64,000 nucleotides of DNA from a virus (taxonomy: Duplodnaviria > Heunggongvirae > Uroviricota > Caudoviricetes). The translations under genes and the position numbers were made by a program. Positions 48,873 to 60,345 of this stretch are shown in pieces. The stretch is taken from IMG/VR virus record IMGVR_UViG_3300042914_002848. One strand, 5' to 3'. How positions within the stretch are numbered: position 1 is the stretch's first letter; every line of letters starts with the position of its first letter. Under the pieces are notes generated by a model. That model was not told the origin of the DNA. It saw nothing but the letters and a program-made list of their open reading frames with translations, and searched no databases.

Positions 48873-51800
48873 TTACCGCACTCGCTTGGATAGCGATTTC
48901 CAATCGAATGGTACACCATGAATGGATTCTTCAAAAAACCGTCTTGCTTTTTCTGCTTTTTCTTCATCAGAAAAATGAGTTACAGCGCTTAGTTTGCTAT
49001 CTACCACCATCAGTTCAGCAATGGATACTATCTCACCCCCATATTCTTGTTGGTGTTTTTTCTTAAAGTAGTTGATTTTATTAATCGCTTTAATCTGCTT
49101 TAATGGAGTGGATGCTTTAATCAGCTCACCTGTCCAGTATTGGATTTTAGGGATGTACCCTTCCTTATACTTAGTATTTTTCATTTCTGATATGTTTTTA
49201 AATTCCTTTCCACTTTTTTCCTACCATCGTATTAGCGAATCGTTTGTGTTCTTCTACACACCATTGGGTTGATGTGATAGGTGGTTCGGTAACAGATTTA
49301 ATGTTAGGGCTGTGTTCTAATCCTAATTTTTTTGGATTTGAGTTTATAGGGTTGTATTTAAAGTCCATTGGTCTTACTATAGTATTACTACTACTATATA
49401 CTCGTTTTCTATTGAATAGGGATTGGATTAGCTTTTTCATTGCTGTTTTTATTTTTGTTTAATTCACCTTTTTAGTTGGGATTAGTATCATAGCTGCGTC
49501 ATCTTTGACTAATTCCCAATTATAGTCATTATGAAGGTAGAATGAACGATCACTATTTTCTGTATCACAACCCCTAACTTGAATAAAATTCTTACATAAC
49601 CCAAGCGAAACAGCTACATTGTTTGAAACAATGCTATCACATCCATATTGGCGTGTATGCTTTGAGAAATCAAAGTACTTGCTTTCTTCCGGAAAGCATT
49701 CAGAGTGGTTTGCTTTGATTATTGATTTCCATTTATTACAAGCCAATTCATACAACCCACGAATTGCTTCATCGGTAGTTGTCCCATCCAACTTAAAGTG
49801 TTTGGTGAGATAGTCTTTTTGTGGTGTGGTGGCCGCCTCGTAATATTCATTGAGTAATGTACGATGGATTTGAATTGTTTTTACTTCGGGGTTTGACATA
49901 GGTTTTGTATTTGTAATTTGACGGAATTGTTCTAAGGTAATTTCTTGATAATTTTTGTAATTAGGGTCGTCCCTAACGGCGGCGGCATCATCGCTGTAAT
50001 AACAACTATTATCTGATTGATGCTCTGAGAGCAGCGTATGACCGACCGAGAAGTGGTATCTTAGAAGATATTGAGTAGCGTTTTTTAGCCTCCAAGCATT
50101 GAGTTCTTCGCGGTTTTCTTCGGTGGCTTGGATGTACCATTTTGTGGGGAGTGTGTTCATGTTTTTGGGGTTAGTGATTTGGCGGAATTGTTCGAGTGTG
50201 ATTGGTTGGTGATTAGGGTACTGTTCAATGCAGTCTTCTATGCAGTCTGAAAAGTAGTAACTGCCGTCTGGATGCGAGGACATTAGGGTAAATCCAATCG
50301 TGAATATCTTCCAAGATTTGTCCGCATTTGCCCTCCACCAAGGGTAGAGTTCTGCAAAGTTCTGTTCGGTGGCTTGGATGCACCAATGTTCGGGATGTGT
50401 GTTCATAAGTTTTATTTTGCAATTATTACCTGAAGTTTTTCAATACATTTAACACGTGTTGCAACATCGTCAAATTCTTTCACAGCTTTCTTGGCAGCCA
50501 TAACCCCACTTGCAACTACATGGTAATTACCGATTCCTCCTCCTGAGGAATTATATGCTTTTATAAGGTAAAGTTTCATAACCTTTTTATTTTTGTTTAA
50601 TTCTTCTCATGCGAATAGTAGTTATTTCTTTCTAAGAACTCCGACGGAAAATAATCAGACCATTTAAGTCCCATATAATCATACTTACTACAAGTATATT
50701 GTAGTTTAGGGCAGTGTTCCCCATTCGGGAAAATTATCATCTCTATAGGAACTTTATAAGTACGGGTTGAACCAATTGGACGAACCATAACTAATACCCG
50801 GCCCATCGCTCGTAGACGGGGTTTTTTAATAACCTCCAAATCTTGTCCAACCAACTTTGGTTCGGTACAAGTAACTATAGTACCCACTTTGAGGGTAAAT
50901 TCCTCACGCCTTTTTTCCATTTCTAGTTTGTATTTCATAGCTGAAATAGTTATATTATGCAAACTAAGAAGTTTATCACTTAAAAAATCAAGCTCTTCAG
51001 AATCCAGATATTTCAATTTTTCTACGGGTGGTTTATCAGACAGTATGTAATCATACAGAAAATTAGTCTCAGTTAGTACACTTACCATCAATGGGAATTT
51101 TTCGAATTTGTTCATAATTGTTTATTTTGTTACCATTAAAGTTGCTACTACACATTCCATATCGCGAAACATTTTTACGGGCATTATAGCCTTCAAATCG
51201 TTAGTATCGTAATAGCCCAAATAATTATGATAGTGGGTTGGGAGTTTGATATTTGCGTTCTTACCTGTAATGCGTTCTACATAATTTACCACCTCTTTGA
51301 TAATCATGTAATTTCCTTTTTTTAATAACATATCTTTTATTTTATTCTCCGAAAATTAGTAGTAAATAGTAAAACAAAGTGTACCCACCAAGCAGAAATA
51401 GGTAGCCATATATAACCTCTTTGGGTTCATTTTTCCACATATCCCTTATTTCTTTAAACATCTCTTTCATATCTCTCATTAACTCTTTCATATCTCTCAT
51501 TTAACTTACAAAGTAAAGATAGTACATAAAGGGTAAAGTTCCAAGCTTTCTATGTTAAATTTAGGTTAAATTTTTCCACATCCTCCAAAATAAGGCGTTC
51601 TAAGGGGTTGGTGTGGTATAATTGAGGGAATGGGATGTACCAATCAAAGTGCGTCCCATCATCATTCCAAAAAGTTATATAAAACTTACCATTTTTGGGG
51701 TTAAAACTGGGTTCTTTGGTGTGATGTTTGGTCTGTAAATTTTCAATAATCAGTTCCATACCACTTAACTAACCACAATCTTAATAGTATCCTTCTTTTT

Positions 51801-53376
51801 TCGGGACATGGTGTTGGCTAACGCTCGTACACCTGCAAGGGTTGATTTCAACCGATATTGCGAACATTTAAGGGATTTAACAACCTTACCATTCTGCATC
51901 AAATGAACCTCTATCATAATTATTTGGATAAAATTAACATACTCATAGGAACATTATAGCCGGAGAAAGCGCCGTCAGGCCTAACCGTTGCTTTGGTTCG
52001 GCTGATTTTAGTAACCCGCAGGGATTTCCCGGCCAACTTTGGGTGGTTACAAGTAACCATATCACCTACTTTCAACTGCGCACCAACCAACTTACTCTCT
52101 AGCGCTCGTTTGGATTTCAAAACTGAAATAACCATACTATTTAGGGAACGAAGCTCTTCAGAACTCAATTGGGGGAGGAGGGGGGTAATCGAACTTAATT
52201 TAGTCATTTTTTAGGGGGTTTATTTCTCAATCACTTACAAAGTAAAGATAGTACATAAAGGCTAATCTTCCAAGCTTTTTATGTTAAATTATCGTTAAAT
52301 TTATCATTTGAATAGGGGGGTCAAAAATTGAGCGATTCCCAAAGCGGAGAGGATATTGCCCGCTATGATTAGCAACCAACCGACAATCCGCCCAACGAAA
52401 AGCAGGATGTCAAAGAGGGATTCTCTGTTCATAACTTATTTTTAATCTTCCTCTTCGTCATCATACACTTCCGGAAAGAGTTCTCCGCAATTTGAACATT
52501 CTGTTTCTTCGTGCATACCATGACCGACATGGTCATCTACCATTCCAAATTTTACTTCTGCATCACAGCATTTGCTTAGTATCATAACTTTTACTTTAAG
52601 AATTTTAAAAATACCTGATTTCATAGGAATAAAGAGTTCCAAACTCATCATCCTCCATTGTATCCTCCACCACAACCATCGGTTTAGGTAGGATGTTTTG
52701 AAGCTCATACACATTAACCCTGTTCCAATACCCAAAACGGATATATAGGTTACCTTTCCAGTCCCTACAAAGGGCAAACTCACCGAATTTCTCTTCTATC
52801 TTACGGATATCTGATGATGTAATTCTCATATATAATAGGGGGGTTTAGTTTTCGCTGGTGTACCTTATCTGATACACTTGATTAAATTTACTGTCAAATG
52901 ACTTATATACATTGGCCACAGTTAATCCGTTGATTTTTGCTGTATATAGTAGGTTAGCGCAATCAGTTGCTTGAAAAAAATCTACTTTTTTGTTCAATTT
53001 TGTTTCAATAGTGCTCTTCAGGTCTTTCATACTTTGGGGTTTAGAAATTATAATCGTAGTACTTTCGGGGTGAATCACCGATTCTCCAACCCCTACCTTT
53101 AAGGGATGAATTAGATATGGCGGCTTCAAAGGGTTCACCCACTTCAGCGTAGTCATACTCCTGTTCATTCTGATTATAACAGTGTCCGACAAATCCGCCA
53201 GGGATGTACTCCATCTTAGCCTTATTAGGGCCGGCCTCCACAGGCTGAATAATCACTTTCGTTTTACCTTTAATACCGATAATCTTACCCACAGGGTTCA
53301 CATCCGTATAAAGGACCTGATTAATATACTTACCAATCAGAGCGGGGGTTACTTCAAATTTTTTCATATCTCTCAT
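48873..53376 (-). other. Early-gene module of small hypothetical ORFs (48873-49184, 49198-49440, 49459-50406, 50597-51115, 51122-51331, 51550-51759, 51920-52207, 52605-52829, 53041-53376 and shorter ones)
   Basis: Short co-oriented ORFs with repeated promoters. Confidence 0.6.
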
Positions 53377-53575
53377 TAACTTACAAAGTAAAGATAGTAC
53401 ATAAAGGGTAAAGTTCCAAGCTTTCTATGTTAAATTTAGGTTAAATTTATCCACATTCTACTGTCCAATTTATTGGACACTTTTTTTATATACACCCCCC
53501 CCCATAAAGATACAACAGAAAATCCATATTTCCAAACTTTTTTCAAAAAAAATTTGCCCCCCATTGGGGTACTCT

Positions 53576-54600
53576 ATCTCTTGTACTATATAGTACTAGT
53601 AGTAGTATATAGGAGATAGAACCCCCCACCCCTTTTTAGCGCCGGAGTTCTTATAGTATATACTATATAGTAGTAGTATATAGTAGTAGCGCTGGAGTTG
53701 ATTGGTTGATAATCATCGGATGTGGAGTTCTCTCTCTCTTGTACTATATAGTACTAGTAGTAGTATATAGACACACACACACACATACACATACTAAGCG
53801 CTCTCTTAAAGTTCTCTTAACCCTTCTCTTAACCCCTCTCTTATCTATATACTATATAGTAGTAGTATATAGTAGTAGTAGCGCTGAGAAATAAACCAAA
53901 AATAAATTCACCATTGTTATAACACCCCACAACTATATAATAACATTGTATAGTATATACTATATAGTAGTAGTAGTATATAGAGAGACAGAGTAATCGC
54001 TTCTCTATATAGGATACATCATAACAATTTTTTATATTCCCCCCTCGCCACGCCTTACATTGGTTGTGATATGTTAGGTATGATGTGTGATGTGTTAGCC
54101 CCAGCGCAAAATAATCGTGTGTTAGGAGCAATGAAATGAGTGTTATGGGAACGCTAAGGGGTGTTTTTTTGTTGTTATCATTTTTCCCCCAATATTTATG
54201 GAAGCTATATTTTCCGAAATTTGATACAGCTCTTCTAACTGATTTTTTGCTACACATTACCCTGTCATTATTGGGTATTTATTACCATTCTCCACCCTAT
54301 CACACCAGTCACATTCCCTATCCGGCTCTATTCCCATTTTTGATACCCCTTTTTTCTATCGGTTCTTTTAATGTTTTTACCCTACCATATACTATAAAGT
54401 GGGGGAAAGTGGGGAATTGTGGGAAATTTCTCTATATTATACTTACTTTACCTAGCTATTTTACTTTCTTTTGGGTGTTGTGGGTTAAGTGGGAATATTG
54501 TTAGTGTATTACTATAGTATATACTACTACTACTACTACTTGTTGTACTTATACTACTTGTCTTCTATATACTATTATTAGTATTACTATATAGTATTAT
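53576..54600. repeat. Low-complexity non-coding region with TACTATATAGTA(GTA)n repeats (origin/terminus-like)
   Basis: Five copies at 53584-53985, inverted copies near 54510-54600; CA, CT and CTCTTAA microrepeats. Confidence 0.8.
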
Positions 54601-54657
54601 TTTTTTTGTGTTTATTTCCCACTCATTCACTTCGTTCATTCGTTCGGTCCAGCGCAT

Positions 54658-54694
54658 AAAAAAACCCCGATGGTTTATCGGGGTTCTCTTTTTT
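54658..54694. terminator. Bidirectional intrinsic terminator
   Basis: AAAAAAACCCCGAT-GGTTT-ATCGGGGTT-CTCTTTTTTT. Confidence 0.85.
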
Positions 54695-54705
54695 TAGTTT
54701 TTAAC

Positions 54706-55095
54706 TTAGGACCTACCTAATAGTTTTGTGTAATTTGAATAAAGATATTTATCGATTAACTTATTCTCTAACTTTCTAAATTTGGCCAACTTATCCCTAT
54801 TACCAACATACGCATCACCTTCAGTTTCTAATTTTATTTGATGGGTTAATTCATGAATAATTGCGGTTTCTGGGTCATGTAATCTATTAACATCAAATGT
54901 TATATACAACCCCTTCATCGTTATCTTATTGTAAGTGGTCGCTGCTCCAGCACCACCAACCTTACCAAACTTTATAGGTAGAGGTTTAATAGCTTCAGAC
55001 TTACATAACGCTGTATAATAAGCCCTTATGTTTTCTTGTACTGTTAAATCCTTAATAGCTTCCGCAATCATTTGCCTTAATTGTGATAGCTTCAT
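54706..55095 (-). CDS. Leader-bearing HExxH zinc-peptidase-like protein
   Basis: MKLSQLRQMIAE leader; IIHELTHQ. Confidence 0.65.
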   Translation of the reverse strand: MKLSQLRQMIAEAIKDLTVQENIRAYYTALCKSEAIKPLPIKFGKVGGAGAATTYNKITMKGLYITFDVNRLHDPETAIIHELTHQIKLETEGDAYVGNRDKLAKFRKLENKLIDKYLYSNYTKLLGRS

Positions 55096-55138
55096 TGTTT
55101 GTTTCCTCTTTATGATTTAATTATCACCATACTCATTT

Positions 55139-57675
55139 TCAAGCATCATCATCCCTCACTATTTTAGTTCCATTCCAATCATCATATATTTCATATCCCC
55201 CACTTTTTATAACTGCTTTAAGAAATGGAATAATCTTTGTTAATTGATTGTCTGTTAAAGTTTCAAATTCGGGATGTTCTCCAAAAGTAAATTTATTACG
55301 CGGTTTTTTCTTTTGTTCGGGTGTATATCCTACCTTCTTAACGATACTTTCCATCTCATCATCTACTGCATCTGAATCTAAATCATATGAATCTAAAGTA
55401 TTCACCATTTTTTCGTATAAATCCGAAGCCTCTTTTGCAAGTTTAGAATAAGACGGGGTAGGTTTTGGTGTTTGAGTGGGTTGACTAACAACCTTTGGTG
55501 CTTCTGGTTCTACACTCCATATTGTATTAGTATTGGCGATATCTAATTTTGTGTTATCTGTAAAATCAACCGTAAATGAGTTGCTACCACTATTAACGCG
55601 TTTTATTGTTTTTCCTTTATATGCAGTTGGATTAGATATTTTAGATTCATTACCATCTATAAAAATTGTTGTTTTATCTGTAAAAACAACAGTATACCCA
55701 TATTTGGATTTATTATGTGTAAAGCTTTTTATTGTTTTTCCTTTAAGTTTATTTAAGTCACCCATAGGTCGGCGCATTTCCTTAGCTTCCACAATTACCT
55801 GTCTAATCTCTTCTCTGATTAGTTGTCTTAGTTGGTTTAGTTTCATTGTTTGTTTCCGTTTATTTTAATATAATTTAGATTCTTGTATATATGCTGAGTA
55901 ATTTGAACCCCCCATAGCCATATTATAACTTGCTATCTTTTGTGCTTCTTCTGCCAATTTTTTGTTTTTATAAATACCATAGATACCACCCTCTGCTCCT
56001 TTGATAACCACATAACAAGTTGCTCCTTTTAATTTACGATGTTTATCCATTAACGTACCAATCTCATCATGTATATTTTCAACAATCCCACTATTTAAAG
56101 CCTTTTTGGCTTCCTCTCTGATAATTTGTCTTAATTCATTTAGTTTCATTGTTTGTTTCCTCTTTAGTGTTATTTAATAATCAATTTTTAAGGGCATCTT
56201 TCACAATGAAATACTCATCATTTTTTAAATTATCTGAAAGAACACTTATAAAATCTGGCAAGTTTAGATTTGATTTTTTATATTTATCGGTAAAATATAG
56301 GGTAAGTTCCGTAATTGTTGGTGCGAGTTTAAAATTAGAATCACCATACTTTGAATATGTTTTTCCTGGCTCGTCATACTTACGACTATCAGGTTCAAGT
56401 TTTTTCATATACCCGGTATCGTAACCACTTACTAAAGGATTGTTATTTGCACTACTACTAGTTTTCAATTTACGATAATATACATCTCGTGCCTCTAACG
56501 CTAACGAATAATTAGAAATTCCGGCATCACGAGCGGCTGTAAATGAAATATCTCTAATTGCATCTTGATATTTTGCAATATTAAAGTCTTTTATGGAGGT
56601 TAAGGTGATTTTTATACCATTATCACCACCAGATTTTATAATTTGTACTTTTGCACCGGGCAGTTTTTTCTTAACTTCAATCTCAACACTCTTAATATCA
56701 TTATTAGTCGCATTAGCAATAACCACATCATATTTAGATTTTAATGAAAGAAGCTCTTCTTTAAATGGTTCTGTTTCTTTTTTATATTTATCCATTAAAT
56801 TTTTTGATACATCGGCAAATTTCTTCCCAGCGGTTATAATTTCTTTTTTTAAAATATTCGCATCGGTTGTGGATGATTCATTTAAAGCCTTTTTAGCTTC
56901 CTCTCTGATTAGTTGTCTTAACTCTGATAGTTTCATTATTTGATTCCTCTTTGATTTATATTATATAAATATTGTTCTTTAAGCTAATACATCTTCAAAT
57001 GGGTACTTATCCAAAAGCCCCTTTTCCTTACACCACTTCTTCCATTCGGATGTCTTAAATAACTTTTCTGTCAATTTATCCCATTCATCATTAATTTTGT
57101 GCATAGAGGGTCGTGACCAAAGTTGGTCCATACTTCTGGAGTTGTATAACATTTGTCTAGCACGATTTTCAATAAAGTATAACCTCTCCACATCCTTTAT
57201 GAACTTAGGTGAGTAGTTGGCTTTATCAGAAGCGGATATAGTAACTTCGTTTATTACTGTTACAATCTCTTCTCTTATTAACTGTCTTAACTCTGATAGT
57301 TTCATTGTTGGTATTTCGTTATTTCTTTTACTATGATTTTTTTATTGAGTTAATATATGTTCTATAAACTCCAGCCGCAGTTACCTTACCAGCAGCTTTT
57401 GCACGTTGTTCCATCGCTATAGCTGCTTGTATTTTATGTGCATGGGGTTTACCCGATTTCTTTATCTTACTAACACTAACAGTTGCATCTTTTACTGTAG
57501 CAAATTTTAATCCATGTATTGTTCCTTCAGGATTTTCATCAGTATATAAATCGGAGTGCTTGCTAGAATCTCTATGCTGACCGGGTTTCCGTACAATTCT
57601 ATTTTCTGCTTCGTTTATTACACCAGCAATCTCATCCCTAATCATCTGTCTTAACTCTGATAGTTTCATATACAT
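55139..57675 (-). other. Five leader-bearing putative internal head proteins (55139-55846, 55865-56149, 56181-56936, 56979-57305, 57331-57669)
   Basis: All begin MKL(S/N)(E/Q)LRQ(L/I/M)IR(E/D)E; bodies unrelated. Confidence 0.7.
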
Positions 57676-58488
57676 TTATACCTTAACAATTTCTATTTTT
57701 ATTTTTGGTTCATATCCGGCAGGTAATTTAGTTTTTATACCCCCAAAATGCTCAACCTTATCTGAAAAATATGTAAACTGAAATATTCTATCAGTTAAAT
57801 TCATCACCACCTGCGATGATGTAAACATCTTTTCAGTATCTCTCTTCATATTCAACATCGGTTTTGTTGGGAAAAACTCTTTACGCATCGCTGCCGAAAT
57901 CTCCCTCCAGTCATCAACACCATCAACTTGCTTTTCTGCCGTTATTTTCCGTATTTTTGAGGATAAGTATTTTTCACCTTCGGTATAACCCGCATCAGTA
58001 AATACATGCCCATGATTTGTTCTTACTATCGGAGATTCAATGTTCCTTAATTTAACTTCGGGTTTATGCTTTGAGGTAGTTTCAATACTTACCATATACT
58101 TTGGGGATGAAATAAAAGTATGCCCCTTTAAAGCCAATTTACTCTTACCCCTATATGTAAGAGCAGACCGGATAGCATCAATTAGTTTAGGTTGCTTTAT
58201 TATATTTCTGATTTTATTCCCATCAGGACCAGGCTTTCCACCCTTTTTAATAATTTTATGTTCACTTTCGTCCCGGCCAACCAAAAGAGCGGAGTTTACA
58301 ACACCAATTCCAAACTCATTCATACCCTCACTCCAATCAGTCGTCAAATCGTATAAATATACTACCTCAACACCATCAAATAATGTATGGATAATCTCTA
58401 ATTTGGGTTTATACGCTCTATCCCTATTTTTTGCGAGTATAAACTTATCGCCAACTTCTTTGGAAACAATTATACACTCTTTAATCAT
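57676..58488 (-). CDS. Ntn-hydrolase (C45/NRDE-like)
   Basis: CII....LAKNRD, EGMNEFGI, RTNH. Confidence 0.75.
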   Translation of the reverse strand: MIKECIIVSKEVGDKFILAKNRDRAYKPKLEIIHTLFDGVEVVYLYDLTTDWSEGMNEFGIGVVNSALLVGRDESEHKIIKKGGKPGPDGNKIRNIIKQPKLIDAIRSALTYRGKSKLALKGHTFISSPKYMVSIETTSKHKPEVKLRNIESPIVRTNHGHVFTDAGYTEGEKYLSSKIRKITAEKQVDGVDDWREISAAMRKEFFPTKPMLNMKRDTEKMFTSSQVVMNLTDRIFQFTYFSDKVEHFGGIKTKLPAGYEPKIKIEIVKV

Positions 58489-58502
58489 TGGTTGCTTAGT
58501 TT

Positions 58503-59375
58503 TTAGTATCTACTAACTTTGGCCATAAACTTAGCCCACTTATCAGGCTCAAATTGGTCCTTCATCTTAACTATTAGATTTGCTGCAGGAACTTTTAATG
58601 CGTTACTTGTCAATGATGATTTAACAACATAAGAACTACCTTCTTTTCTGTATATAGGTAAAACATCCTTAACATAGATAGGTTCTTTTTCTAATGAATC
58701 CAAATCTTTTACCAGTCCGCTCTTTTTTACTAATGCAGCTCCAATAAAGTTTTCAGTAGATTCTTTGATTACCGATTCATTCACCCCTTCAAGTAACCCA
58801 ATTGCAATTTCTCTATCGTTATTATAAGTACCTTCTAATATCTTTACACGTACGATGTCTTTTTTGGCAATACTATCTCCGTTAAAAACTAAATCATTAT
58901 ACATTTTACCAACAGAACCTTTAATTCCTTTTTTGGACTTTGTATCGATTGATAATACTTTATTAGTTCTGCTAAAATAATCTAACATATCGTAATCAAG
59001 ATCTTTAGCATCTACTGTTTCGCCAGGACCTGGAAAGTTTTTAGTATATTCTTTGATTACCGATTCATTCACCCCTTCAAGTAACCCAATTGCAATGTTG
59101 TTTACTTCTCTTTCTGCACCAGCTGCGTATTTCTTATTTACGATTGCGATTTTGTTACCCGATACTTTAACAGTATACATAGGTATCATACTCGTTGAAA
59201 AGTCATACTTAATTCCGGCCTTTTTTAATTCAGCCCCAACATTCATAAAGGAACTTGCGTTTTTAACTGCTGCTTCTATCTTATCTAAATCAGCATCGTA
59301 CTTACCTTCAGTTAGTGATTTTGTAATATTTTTAATCTCTTCTCTGATTAGTTGTTTTAGTTGTTGTGGTTTCAT
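58503..59375 (-). CDS. Leader-bearing modular protein with internal exact repeat
   Basis: MKPQQLKQLIREEI leader; IAIGLLEGVNESVIKE occurs twice. Confidence 0.7.
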   Translation of the reverse strand: MKPQQLKQLIREEIKNITKSLTEGKYDADLDKIEAAVKNASSFMNVGAELKKAGIKYDFSTSMIPMYTVKVSGNKIAIVNKKYAAGAEREVNNIAIGLLEGVNESVIKEYTKNFPGPGETVDAKDLDYDMLDYFSRTNKVLSIDTKSKKGIKGSVGKMYNDLVFNGDSIAKKDIVRVKILEGTYNNDREIAIGLLEGVNESVIKESTENFIGAALVKKSGLVKDLDSLEKEPIYVKDVLPIYRKEGSSYVVKSSLTSNALKVPAANLIVKMKDQFEPDKWAKFMAKVSRY

Positions 59376-59911
59376 TTTATCTCCGTTATATATTGATATA
59401 ATTTTTTTAATGTGTTACTAATATTATTATCTTTATGTAATATCCCAATACCCCCTGCGGCCTCCCACTTTGTTATAAAATCTTTTCTATCATCAATCAA
59501 TATTGATGTTGGGGTAGCCCACTTTTGTTTTTGATAGTTGATTATTGTGGGTGGGTTTCCTAAATACTTTTTCACCCATATCAACTTACCCTTTTTGGAT
59601 TCTGCTACATTGTATGATGGCGCTGATAGTATAATAGGGTCAAATCTCTTAATCTTTTTCCATAGTAATAAACCATTTTTCAATGGTGGTAATCCAGCCC
59701 AATATTGATGTTCCTTCATACCCTTTTGTTCAACGGTGTTGTTGAAATCATCCCAAAATTTCTTTCTTTCTTCAGGATTTTTATATATAGGTCCAGTGGG
59801 TTTTCCCATAAACTTTTCATACCCGGCCACAAAATCAACCAACACACCATCCATATCGCAATATATTTGGTATTGTTGTGATTCTTTTAGTAGGTTGGTT
59901 AGTTTAATCAT
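59372..59911 (-). CDS. 5'(3')-deoxyribonucleotidase (NT5C, HAD)
   Basis: CDMDGVLVDF, ILSAP, ILIDDR, WEAAGGIGILH. Confidence 0.9.
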   Translation of the reverse strand: MIKLTNLLKESQQYQIYCDMDGVLVDFVAGYEKFMGKPTGPIYKNPEERKKFWDDFNNTVEQKGMKEHQYWAGLPPLKNGLLLWKKIKRFDPIILSAPSYNVAESKKGKLIWVKKYLGNPPTIINYQKQKWATPTSILIDDRKDFITKWEAAGGIGILHKDNNISNTLKKLYQYITEIK

Positions 59912-60321
59912 TTTTTACCATCCGTCAATGGTCCCCCAACAACCCAAGCATCACAAGTTCGGGCTGAAGCACACTTAAACTTTAAAAATCTACAATACCC
60001 TAACTTTCCAGCATTAATAACATCATAAGAATCTTTTTCAGACCCTATCCCTTTAGCAATACAATCTAAAGTTTTTGTTGTTATATCAAATGCAGCGCAA
60101 TTACCACATACTGATTTTTTAGCATCATTTGGATTATCCAACTTCCACATATCAGCCTTATCCTGCCAAAATTTTTCATTTGGTTCATTTGGATTCAACG
60201 GCCCATACCCATATTCATTGATAGCTTTTTGCCTATTTTGCAAATTCAACTCTATGTTTTGAGTTGGAGCAGGGCATTTTTCAATCTCTGCTTCATTAAG
60301 TATTTTTCTTAGATTAATCAT
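59908..60321 (-). CDS. Cys-rich conserved phage protein
   Basis: CPAPTQ, YGPLNP, CGNCAAF, CASARTCDAW. Confidence 0.65.
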   Translation of the reverse strand: MINLRKILNEAEIEKCPAPTQNIELNLQNRQKAINEYGYGPLNPNEPNEKFWQDKADMWKLDNPNDAKKSVCGNCAAFDITTKTLDCIAKGIGSEKDSYDVINAGKLGYCRFLKFKCASARTCDAWVVGGPLTDGKK

Positions 60322-60345
60322 ACATATAAATATGATTTTTTTCTG

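Larger units (their letters stand above)
28743..53545 (-). promoter_or_regulatory. Dispersed family of about 12 composite early promoters
   Basis: Minus-strand consensus TTTAACnnnAATTTAAYATnRAAAGYTTGGA-N16-17-TATCTTTACnnTGTAAGTT; copies start near 28743, 31040, 31281, 40287, 42241, 45668, 45945, 48058, 51503, 52233, 53378 and 53504. Confidence 0.8.

Noticed and set aside
28844-53480. IS terminal inverted repeats (TGTCCA...TGGACA)
   Set aside because: Each is a self-contained palindrome; no transposase or target duplication
28743-53545. CRISPR-like array from the recurring repeats
   Set aside because: Copies are dispersed, degenerate and always upstream of ORFs with promoter elements; no regular spacers or cas genes
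54399-54493. G-quadruplex
   Set aside because: Each cluster has only three G-tracts, separated by about 50 nt
53706-54504. ORFs 53706-53894, 53841-54257 and 54136-54504
   Set aside because: Translations of microsatellite-like repeats
58760-59096. Diversity-generating retroelement TR/VR pair
   Set aside because: Repeats are identical with no adenine-specific differences, and there is no reverse transcriptase in the window
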